From Clostridia bacterium (GTDB taxonomy: Bacteria; Bacillota; Clostridia; Christensenellales; Borkfalkiaceae): DNA of 24,000 nucleotides. Position numbers and translations under genes: made by a program. Each line of letters starts with the position of its first letter. Position 1 is the first letter of the stretch. The stretch covers positions 1-24,000 of the forward strand of contig JAJQAJ010000061.1 in assembly GCA_021203865.1 (NCBI GenBank), read 5' to 3'. Under the pieces are notes generated by a model. It saw nothing but the letters and a program-made list of their open reading frames with translations, was not told the origin of the DNA and searched no databases. Positions 8,477-14,958 of this stretch are shown here, one piece after another.

Positions 8477-8882
8477 ATAGTGAGTCGCATGTTCTTGATA
8501 TTCTTCCTGGCAGAGCAAAAAATTGCTCATTGAGGCGTTGAAGGAATCTCCGTCCGCTTCCGGATATCTGACGGTACGGTGCGACTTCCGGTTTCCCGGT
8601 GACCCACGTCGCACGGGGTGGGATGTATAAAGCAGGTCTCTTGGTATTACTTCCTGTTCAAGCAAAGGTTTGCTCTTGAGGCGTTGACGGAATATCCGTC
8701 CGCTCCCGGATACCTGACGGTACGGTGCGACTTCCGGTTTCCCGGTGACCCACGTCGCACGGGGTGGGATGTATAAAGCAGGTCTCTTGGTATTACTTCC
8801 TGTTCAAGCAAAGGTTTGCTCTTGAGGCGTTGACGGAATATCCGTCCGCTCCCGGATACCTGACGGTACGAACATTGTTCAA
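8477..8882 (-). ncRNA. Candidate TnpB-associated omega/reRNA-like structured transcript, multi-copy scaffold
   Basis: Occupies the position downstream of the tnpB 3' end where TnpB guide-RNA scaffolds lie (a canonical omega RNA also overlaps the ORF 3' end, which these repeats do not). Minus-strand reading gives GTGCGAC-GTGGGTCA-CCGG-GAAA-CCGG-AA-GTCGCAC (GNRA-capped), CCGTC...GACGG and GAGCAA-ACCT-TTGCTT (G-U closing pair). Ends at the terminator at 8453-8476. Confidence 0.5.
8503..8870 (-). repeat. Tandem direct repeat with a 146-bp period and 2.5 copies, directly downstream of tnpB
   Basis: 8579-8724 and 8725-8870 are identical at 146/146 by hand alignment. 8503-8578 aligns to the tnpB-distal 75 nt of the unit (plus-strand 8650-8724) with 11 mismatches and 1 indel. 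Weaker similarity continues to about 8487. Confidence 0.95.
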
Positions 8883-10100
8883 TTAAAAGTTATGTCCGGT
8901 TGACGTCTCAGCTGTTTTGAGTTGCCTAAGACCGATGTTCCGGATGTTTATGGCGGCGTTCACGTCCCTGTCTAGAACGGTTCCGCATTTCGGGCACGTC
9001 CATCCCCTAATTTTCGTGCTCTTGTATTCGTACTCTTTTCCGCAGACATGGCAGCAATATGTTGTCTTGGTGTATGCGGGAATGTAGGATACAACTTTCC
9101 CTGTCAAAAGCGCCTGATGTTCGAGCATGGAGCGAAAATGGTCAAACGCCGCATTGTAGACGGCGGTCCTCCTTCCTTTTCCGGGTTTGTCAGACTGTTT
9201 TCCTTTGTCCCCCAGGGCCATGTCTTCCATGCTCACGGTTTCAAGAAAAATATAGTCATTTTCCTCCAAAAGTTTGTGAACTTCCTTTCTCAGAAAGTCC
9301 TTCCGGGAATTTATGATTTTCTCTTCAACTTTGGCGAGTTGCAGGACAATCTCTTTCTGATTCGCGGAGCCTTTCTCGGTTTCACTGAGTTTGCGTTGCA
9401 AAAGCTTGCGTTTTTTCTCCAATTTGGGGAATTTACCCGTGTATTCCGGAGAATGACCGTTGCTGTCTATGTAAAGACGGTAAGGGCTGTAGTCCAAACC
9501 TATTGCTTTTTTCTCATCCAGAATGAGGGGTTTCGTAGCAATTTTCTCATAAATGATGTCAAGGAAGTATTTCCCGGTCCTTGTTTTCTTAATCCGGATT
9601 TTCTTAATGGTATTCACGTTCGGAAGAGGCATGTATTCCTTAACCGTCAGCTCCCCGATTTTAGAAACATAGACGTGCCTTGGATCGCAATATTTGATTT
9701 TCGGATATTCCGAACTATTGTTATCCATGCTCATGCAGTCGATTTGATATGCCTCCTTCGTTCGGGGCAGCAATTTCTCGTCACGAGTAGTCAGGAACTC
9801 ATCAAAGGCGCTTTGCAGCATGTAGGTGGCATTCTTGTAAACGGAAAAGTCCGTTTCTTTCAGAAAGGCGCAGTTTGGACGATTTAAATAGTCCATGATG
9901 TAGGGCACCTTGTTCAGGTCGCGGTTTGACACCTGCGGATCGTTTTTATGTTTCTCGTAATATGCGATTTTGTCTGCTAGAATCATATTCCAGACGACGG
10001 AGGTGTTGAAAAACCATCGGTCCATCAGTTCCTTTTGTTCGGTGTTGGGAAGAAGGAGACATGAAGCCGTGGTTATGCATTTGTTTACTGTATTTTCCAT
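8883..10100 (-). CDS. tnpB: TnpB-family (IS200/IS605 OrfB) RNA-guided endonuclease-like protein; RuvC triad apparently intact
   Basis: 405 aa. RuvC-I AIGLDYS, RuvC-II IFLETVSMED, Zn finger CCHVCG...CPKCG, RuvC-III DRDVNAAINI. AGGAG lies 8 nt upstream of the ATG at 10100. No Y1 or serine recombinase gene is adjacent. Confidence 0.9.
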   Translation of the reverse strand: MENTVNKCITTASCLLLPNTEQKELMDRWFFNTSVVWNMILADKIAYYEKHKNDPQVSNRDLNKVPYIMDYLNRPNCAFLKETDFSVYKNATYMLQSAFDEFLTTRDEKLLPRTKEAYQIDCMSMDNNSSEYPKIKYCDPRHVYVSKIGELTVKEYMPLPNVNTIKKIRIKKTRTGKYFLDIIYEKIATKPLILDEKKAIGLDYSPYRLYIDSNGHSPEYTGKFPKLEKKRKLLQRKLSETEKGSANQKEIVLQLAKVEEKIINSRKDFLRKEVHKLLEENDYIFLETVSMEDMALGDKGKQSDKPGKGRRTAVYNAAFDHFRSMLEHQALLTGKVVSYIPAYTKTTYCCHVCGKEYEYKSTKIRGWTCPKCGTVLDRDVNAAINIRNIGLRQLKTAETSTGHNF

Positions 10101-10162
10101 TTCGTTAGCTCCTAAATGTTTAAGTCCTTAAAAAAATTTGATTTTTGTTCTTTACATGTACC

Positions 10163-10191
10163 ATTATAACACGGGGAATGGGACATTTTTG
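10163..10191 (-). promoter_or_regulatory. Possible tnpB promoter with extended -10
   Basis: Minus strand reads TGT-TATAAT (plus 10163-10171). The -35 is weak (CAAAAA, 17-nt spacer). Confidence 0.35.
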
Positions 10192-10388
10192 GGACGCGCA
10201 ACAAAAATTTCTAAATTTTTTGAAAAAAATTGAAAAAATTTTTTTTCATGTGCCGAGGGAGAAAGAAGAATCGGATGGCACTAGGTCTCTCAATCGTGGG
10301 ACAAGTATAACATGGTGATTTCGGGATTTGGTCAACCGCAAATTGACAAATGAAAAATTTTTCAAGATCTTTGTCCAGAGCAAAACGC

Positions 10389-10417
10389 TTGCATTTTAAA
10401 TAACCTTTTGTTATATT
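10389..10417 (+). promoter_or_regulatory. Promoter for the tRNA-Cys/tRNA-Leu unit
   Basis: -35 TTGCAT (10389-10394), 17-nt spacer, -10 TATATT (10412-10417). Confidence 0.5.
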
Positions 10418-10456
10418 AGTTAAGCGCAGTTGAAAAATCAGTCGCGAGATCAACAC

Positions 10457-10530
10457 GGCGTCATAGCCAAGCGGTAAGGCACGGGTCTGCAAAATCCTAA
10501 CCCCCGGTTCGATTCCGGGTGACGCCTCCA
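10457..10530 (+). tRNA. tRNA-Cys (GCA)
   Basis: 74 nt. Acceptor ggcgtca/tgacgcc, anticodon loop ct-GCA-aa, T-loop ggttcgattcc, encoded CCA. Confidence 0.93.
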
Positions 10531-10548
10531 AAAACATGTGTGCGAAGT

Positions 10549-10587
10549 ACGGTAGACAAAGAGAAGAAATTCAGCCTTGTCTACCGT
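10549..10587. other. Perfect 11-bp stem hairpin between tRNA-Cys and tRNA-Leu
   Basis: acggtagacaa (10549-10559) and ttgtctaccgt (10577-10587) with a 17-nt loop. No adjacent U-run. Confidence 0.4.
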
Positions 10588-10714
10588 TATGCACAAAATG
10601 TTCAAAGGTTGTGTTTTGGCATGTGCGTGTCGAACGGGAAAAATCAAATCATATTTTTTGTTGATGTCGATAGCATTCAATGCTGATTTTCATGGCGTAA
10701 ACGAAGAAACCATT

Positions 10715-10801
10715 GCTTGTGTGGCGAAATCGGCAGACGCAAGGGATTTAAAATCCCTCGGGAGCGATCCCGTATCGGTTCGAGTCCGATCACAAGCACC
10801 A
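10715..10801 (+). tRNA. tRNA-Leu (TAA), class II with long variable arm
   Basis: 87 nt. Acceptor gcttgtg/cacaagc, anticodon loop tt-TAA-aa, variable arm cgggagcgatcccg, T-loop ggttcgagtcc, encoded CCA. Confidence 0.93.
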
Positions 10802-10803
10802 GT

Positions 10804-10841
10804 AAAATCGGGGCAGAAAGCAGTTTTCCCCGATTTTTTTT
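10804..10841 (+). terminator. Intrinsic terminator after tRNA-Leu
   Basis: atcgggg (10807-10813) pairs with ccccgat (10828-10834), followed by T7. Confidence 0.8.
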
Positions 10842-11073
10842 GACTAAGTGAAGATGTAAATTATAGCAAATAAATGTTGACGTAAATAACGTTTTGTTGC
10901 ACGGTGTCGCAGAAAAGGCTTACTGGAAAGGACTTGCCAATGACGTTATTTGTAATAGTGTTTTAACCGGCGAATGCGCGGCTAATTGGTTGTGTTGAAT
11001 GGTTTCTGACAGGCGGTTTTTGTCATGGTTGCTCACAATTTTTTGCTTGCTGAAAAATTAGTTGTGAAAACGC

Positions 11074-11102
11074 TTGCAAAGCGTCGTAAAAAATGGTAGG
11101 AT
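11074..11102 (+). promoter_or_regulatory. Promoter for the tRNA-Val/tRNA-Gly unit
   Basis: -35 TTGCAA (11074-11079), 17-nt spacer, -10 TAGGAT (11097-11102). Confidence 0.45.
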
Positions 11103-11113
11103 GTAGGGCAGAT

Positions 11114-11189
11114 GGAAGCATAGCTCAGTTGGGAGAGCGTCTGCCCTACAAGCAGAGGGTCGCAGGTTCGAGACCTGCTGCTTCTACCA
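11114..11189 (+). tRNA. tRNA-Val (TAC)
   Basis: 76 nt. D-arm gctcagttgggagagc, anticodon loop cc-TAC-aa, T-arm gcaggttcgagacctgc, encoded CCA. Confidence 0.92.
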
Positions 11190-11251
11190 TTTTTTTACGA
11201 CGCACTTACTTTATTTCTAGCATGTTTGTCGCATGATGAGTAGTGTGTTTC

Positions 11252-11286
11252 GCCGCGACCCCCGCTCTGCCATTGAGCTAGGCCGC
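11252..11286 (-). pseudogene. Inverted tRNA-like remnant: acceptor and D-arm fused to the variable/T-stem 5' half, with no anticodon arm
   Basis: Minus strand reads GCGGCC-TAGCTCAATGGCAGAGC-GGGGGTCGCGG. It parallels the adjacent tRNA-Gly (GCGGGAATAGCTCAGTGGTAGAGC...GGGGGTCGCGGG) minus the 17-nt anticodon stem-loop. No matching 3' half is present. Confidence 0.4.
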
Positions 11287-11290
11287 ATGT

Positions 11291-11365
11291 GCGGGAATAG
11301 CTCAGTGGTAGAGCATCACCTTGCCAAGGTGGGGGTCGCGGGTCCAAATCCCGTTTCTCGCTCCA
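11291..11365 (+). tRNA. tRNA-Gly (GCC)
   Basis: 75 nt. D-arm gctcagtggtagagc, anticodon loop tt-GCC-aa, T-arm with tccaaatcc loop, encoded CCA. Confidence 0.92.
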
Positions 11366-11395
11366 AATACTCGCTGGAGTACAAAACAGCACGGG

Positions 11396-11437
11396 AAAAC
11401 ATCATCTGGTGAAATGCCGAATGATGTTTTTTCTTTT
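11396..11437 (+). terminator. Intrinsic terminator after tRNA-Gly
   Basis: aacatcat (11398-11405) pairs with atgatgtt (11421-11428), followed by ttttcttt. Confidence 0.7.
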
Positions 11438-11593
11438 GGCGAGAAACGAGATTCGGTTTATAAAGCTTGCTTCATGAAAGGGAAGCCGTTTGACAACATT
11501 TCATTTATGTCAGGACAAATATTATTTCACCGTAAAATTGTCAACTGAAACTGATGATTTCTAAAAGCAGAACAAAATTATTGCGATTTTGCC

Positions 11594-11622
11594 TTGACGG
11601 AAAAATTCTAATTTGTTAAGAT
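11594..11622 (+). promoter_or_regulatory. trp operon promoter
   Basis: -35 TTGACG (11594-11599), 17-nt spacer, -10 TAAGAT (11617-11622). Confidence 0.55.
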
Positions 11623-11628
11623 AAGGAA

Positions 11629-11889
11629 AATTGAATACGCAAATAAACCATGGATGCAGAAAAAAGACGAAATGAGATCTCACAGCGAGTGCGGGGTGGT
11701 GAAAGCCGCATGGATGGGTTTCGTGTAATATGGGCTGCGGAGGGCGGCGTCAAATGCGCCGACGTGAGGCACGCGTAAAGTGGCAGGGAATGATGGTTCC
11801 CCCGAATGAGGACGACTTCGGTCGTTGAAGCAAGGTGGCACAGCGTAAAGAATACGCCCTTGACAAGTAACATTGTCAAGGGCTTTTTT
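11629..11889 (+). promoter_or_regulatory. T-box riboswitch leader with Trp (UGG) specifier and terminator/antiterminator
   Basis: Stem I distal elements AGCGAG-tgcgg-GGTGGTGAAAG-ccgca. UGG triplets at 11711-11713 and 11715-11717 on the 3' side of Stem I. T-box sequence AAGGTGGCACAGCG at 11832-11845. Terminator gcccttgacaag/cttgtcaagggc plus T6 at 11856-11889. Confidence 0.85.
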
Positions 11890-11913
11890 AGTAGTTTATT
11901 TTAGGAGGTTTAT

Positions 11914-13371
11914 ATGGTCAAATCAAAAATCGGAGAAGCGTTGAAGGCGAGAGGAGACGGGTACACGATATTTCCCGTGATTGGAGAGCTGGAGTCTTGT
12001 GCGGTTCCTCCGATAAACGCCTATAAGAGAATGAAGGGTGACGGCACCAGTTTTCTCTTTGAAAGCAGAGTGGGGAACGAAAGACAGGCGCACTATTCGT
12101 TCATCGGCGTTGATCCTGTCGCGCAAATATTCGTGTCTGACGGCAAAGTGGTCATCACCGAGGATGAAATAAGGACGGTGACGACGTCGGATCCGGACGG
12201 TGCCATTCGCGGGTTTATGTCAAGATTCAAATCTCCCGAATGCGACGTGCCGTTTTCCGGAGGGCTCGCCGGGTATTTTTCCTTCGAGTATTTCAAGTAC
12301 GGGCAGAAAATTGAAATGCCGGCGAGTGATCTCGGGGATGCGCACCTTTATCTTTTCAATGAAATCATCGTTTACGACAATCCGCGTCGAAAAATCTTCA
12401 TAATAGTGAACATGGATCTTGACGGCAACATCGGGGAGAAGTTTTTAAACGCGCAAAGAAGGATAGAAGAGACAGAAAGCCGCCTCATTTGCGGCAAAGA
12501 AGGCGAAACGGAGGATTTGGAGATGCTTTCCGGGTTTTCCGCCGTTTACAGCAAAGAGGAGTACTGCCGAAAGGTTGAAACGGCGAAGAAATATATAAAA
12601 GAAGGCGACATTTTTCAGTGCGTGCCCGCTGATAGGTGGGAGGCGAAAGCGAGAGGTTCACTATTCCCCGCGTATTTGACCATGCGTGAGAAAAACCCGT
12701 CTCCGTACATGATTTATCTCAGGACTAACGCATTGGAAATAGCGGGAGCTTCTCCGGAGACATTGGTGAAGAAAATCGGAGACACCGTGGAAACTTTCCC
12801 CATCGCGGGAACCAGGCCACGCGGCAGGGACGAGGAAGAAGACCTCGCTTTGGAGAAGGAGCTTAAAGGCTCAGCAAAAGAAAACGCTGAACATGACATG
12901 TTGGTAGATCTCGGCAGAAACGATCTCGGAAAGATTTGCAGGTTTGGAACGGTGGACGTTGTGGGTTATAAAGACATATTCAGGTTTTCTCACGTCATGC
13001 ACATGACGAGCCGCGTGAGAGGAACTTTGCAGGAGGGGAAAGGCGCGATAGACACTTTAAGGGCGACTCTTCCAGCGGGAACACTGTCCGGGGCGCCCAA
13101 AAGACGTGCGGTTGAAATCATACGCGAACTGGAGGATTACACCCCTCGCGGAATATACGGCGGGGCCGTGGGTTACATCTCGTTTTCGGGTGACAGTGAT
13201 TTTTGCATAGCGATAAGGACAGCCGTGAAAAAAGGTGACAGGATAACTGTTTCGGCGGGAGGCGGGGTCGTTGACGGCAGTGTCCCGGAAGAAGAATACA
13301 ATGAGGCGGCCAATAAAGCGGCGACGGTGAGAGACGTCATTTTAAGTTCCGCGAAGGAGGGAAGGAAATGA
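11914..13371 (+). CDS. trpE: Anthranilate synthase component I
   Basis: 485 aa, chorismate-binding family (FLFES...; GAPK..A.E.I..LE; GxYGGAVGY). AGGAGG SD. Confidence 0.95.
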   Translation: MVKSKIGEALKARGDGYTIFPVIGELESCAVPPINAYKRMKGDGTSFLFESRVGNERQAHYSFIGVDPVAQIFVSDGKVVITEDEIRTVTTSDPDGAIRGFMSRFKSPECDVPFSGGLAGYFSFEYFKYGQKIEMPASDLGDAHLYLFNEIIVYDNPRRKIFIIVNMDLDGNIGEKFLNAQRRIEETESRLICGKEGETEDLEMLSGFSAVYSKEEYCRKVETAKKYIKEGDIFQCVPADRWEAKARGSLFPAYLTMREKNPSPYMIYLRTNALEIAGASPETLVKKIGDTVETFPIAGTRPRGRDEEEDLALEKELKGSAKENAEHDMLVDLGRNDLGKICRFGTVDVVGYKDIFRFSHVMHMTSRVRGTLQEGKGAIDTLRATLPAGTLSGAPKRRAVEIIRELEDYTPRGIYGGAVGYISFSGDSDFCIAIRTAVKKGDRITVSAGGGVVDGSVPEEEYNEAANKAATVRDVILSSAKEGRK

Positions 13372-13952
13372 GTGAAAGAAGAATAGTCATAATAGACAAT
13401 TACGACAGTTTCTCATACAACCTTTACCAGTGTGTGGGTCTCATCGATGACGGAGTGTCGGTCATAAGGAACGACGACATGACGTGTGAGGAATTGGAAA
13501 GAAAATTCAATCCGACGCACATCATTCTGTCGCCGGGTCCGGGACGGCCGGACAAGGCGGGAATCTGTGAGAAGGCGGCGATTTATTTTGCCGAAAAGGC
13601 CGCCGTTCTGGGTGTCTGCCTCGGACATCAGGCGATATGTGAGGCGTTCGGCGCCAAAATAACGTACGCGAAACGCATAGCTCACGGCGTACGGGACAAA
13701 ATCGGCATCGATTCTGACTGTCGCGTTTTTGAAGGCCTCGGAAATGAGATCGTTGCCGCGAGGTATCATTCTCTCGCGGTGTGTGATTTGCCGGAAATTC
13801 TTTCTGTGACAGCGACGGCGAACGATGGTGAAATAATGGGCGTCTGGGTTCGAGGCACGCAGATTTACGGTGTCCAGTTCCATCCGGAGTCCTATATGAC
13901 GCCGTTCGGTGACAGAATCATAGAGAATTTTTTGAACTCAGAGGTGAAATGA
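13368..13952 (+). CDS. trpG: Anthranilate synthase component II (glutamine amidotransferase)
   Basis: 194 aa. Class I GATase motifs GVCLGHQ and FHPES. ATGA start/stop overlap with trpE. Confidence 0.93.
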   Translation: MSERRIVIIDNYDSFSYNLYQCVGLIDDGVSVIRNDDMTCEELERKFNPTHIILSPGPGRPDKAGICEKAAIYFAEKAAVLGVCLGHQAICEAFGAKITYAKRIAHGVRDKIGIDSDCRVFEGLGNEIVAARYHSLAVCDLPEILSVTATANDGEIMGVWVRGTQIYGVQFHPESYMTPFGDRIIENFLNSEVK

Positions 13953-13953
13953 A

Positions 13954-14958
13954 ATGATAGAAGAAGCGACGAAGATTGTTAGGCGGGGAACGGATTTGAG
14001 CTTTTCCGAGGCGGAGCGGACGGCGGAGGCCATAATGACGGGAAGGACGGACGAGGAAGAGCTTGCCGAATTCCTATCGGGGCTCGCGAAGAAAGGTGAG
14101 AGCGTGGACGAGATAAGCGCGTTCGCCGCCGTCATGCGTTCTCACTCCGTGCACACGGACATAGGATGTGACTGTCTTGACATAGTGGGAACCGGCGGGG
14201 ACAACAGTGGTACGTTCAACATCTCCACGTGCGCAGCCCTCGTGGCTGCCGCATGCGGTGTGAAGGTCGCGAAGCACGGGAATGTGTCGGTGTCCTCAAA
14301 ATGCGGCGCGGCGAACATTTTGGAAGCTTTGGGTGTGGATGTCAGGGCGGACCCTGCCGTGAACGCCGCGGCATTTGAAAAATGTGGTTTCGCTTTTTTG
14401 CATGCGCAGGTTTACCATCCCGCGATGAGATATGTCGCCCCGGTGAGGGCGAAACTCGGAATCCGTACCATATTCAACATTCTGGGTCCCCTGGCGAATC
14501 CGGCGGGAGCTAGGTATGAGGTTCTCGGCGTGTTCTCATCCGAATACGTCAGAACACTTTGTCTGTCCCTTAAAAATCTCGGATGCGAAAGAGTGGTCTC
14601 CGTGCACGGCGGAGGCTGTGACGAAATTTCTGTGTTCTCTCCGACGAAATGCTGTGAAGCCGAAGGCGGCGCGGTAAGGGAATACGAACTTGTGCCCGAG
14701 GATTTCGGCGTGAAAAGGCATGAGCCCGAAGATGTTTTGGGAGGAGACGTCAAGAGGAACAGAGAAATTTTCCTGTCCGTTCTGGACGGCGAAGAAAGCG
14801 CGTATCTTGACGCGGTGGCCGTGAACGCCGCGATGTGCCTTTATGTCTACGGCTTGTCCTCCGATTTGAAAAAAGCGTGCGTGAAGGCGAAGGAAGCCAT
14901 ATTTTCCGGTGCGGCCATGGCGGTTTTGGAGAGATACAAAAGGGAGCTGAAAGCATGA
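13954..14958 (+). CDS. trpD: Anthranilate phosphoribosyltransferase
   Basis: 334 aa. DIVGTGGD...FNIST, KHGN and PLxNP motifs. Confidence 0.95.
   Translation: MIEEATKIVRRGTDLSFSEAERTAEAIMTGRTDEEELAEFLSGLAKKGESVDEISAFAAVMRSHSVHTDIGCDCLDIVGTGGDNSGTFNISTCAALVAAACGVKVAKHGNVSVSSKCGAANILEALGVDVRADPAVNAAAFEKCGFAFLHAQVYHPAMRYVAPVRAKLGIRTIFNILGPLANPAGARYEVLGVFSSEYVRTLCLSLKNLGCERVVSVHGGGCDEISVFSPTKCCEAEGGAVREYELVPEDFGVKRHEPEDVLGGDVKRNREIFLSVLDGEESAYLDAVAVNAAMCLYVYGLSSDLKKACVKAKEAIFSGAAMAVLERYKRELKA

Noticed and set aside
8336-8665. 109-aa minus-strand ORF running through the repeat and the terminator
   Set aside because: It spans a bidirectional intrinsic terminator, has no SD, and has an Arg/Pro/Ser-rich low-complexity composition. 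It also lies partly in repeated non-coding RNA-like sequence.
8503-8870. CRISPR array next to a Cas12-like (TnpB-related) gene
   Set aside because: The 146-bp period is far longer than repeat-plus-spacer units. The two full units are identical over their entire length, so there are no unique spacers. No short 25-40 nt direct repeat recurs at regular spacing inside the unit.
9048-9887. 279-aa plus-strand ORF inside tnpB
   Set aside because: It is antisense to a well-supported TnpB CDS, has no recognisable motifs or SD, and is a typical shadow ORF.
8883-10100. Nuclease-dead TnpB derivative (TldR-type transcriptional repressor)
   Set aside because: All three RuvC acidic positions (GLDYS, FLETVSMED, DRDVNAAINI) and the Zn finger appear present, and the C-terminus is not truncated. 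This rests on motif reading only, not on an alignment.
10211-10537. 108-aa minus-strand ORF (and similarly 10450-10680 and 11195-11392)
   Set aside because: They overlap the tRNA-Cys and tRNA-Gly genes and AT-rich promoter sequence. Their 'protein' is just the antisense translation of tRNA.
11629-11913. Trp leader-peptide attenuator or TRAP (GAG/UAG repeat) control of the trp operon
   Set aside because: There is no short ORF with tandem Trp codons and no array of 9-11 spaced (G/U)AG triplets. The leader carries T-box hallmarks instead.
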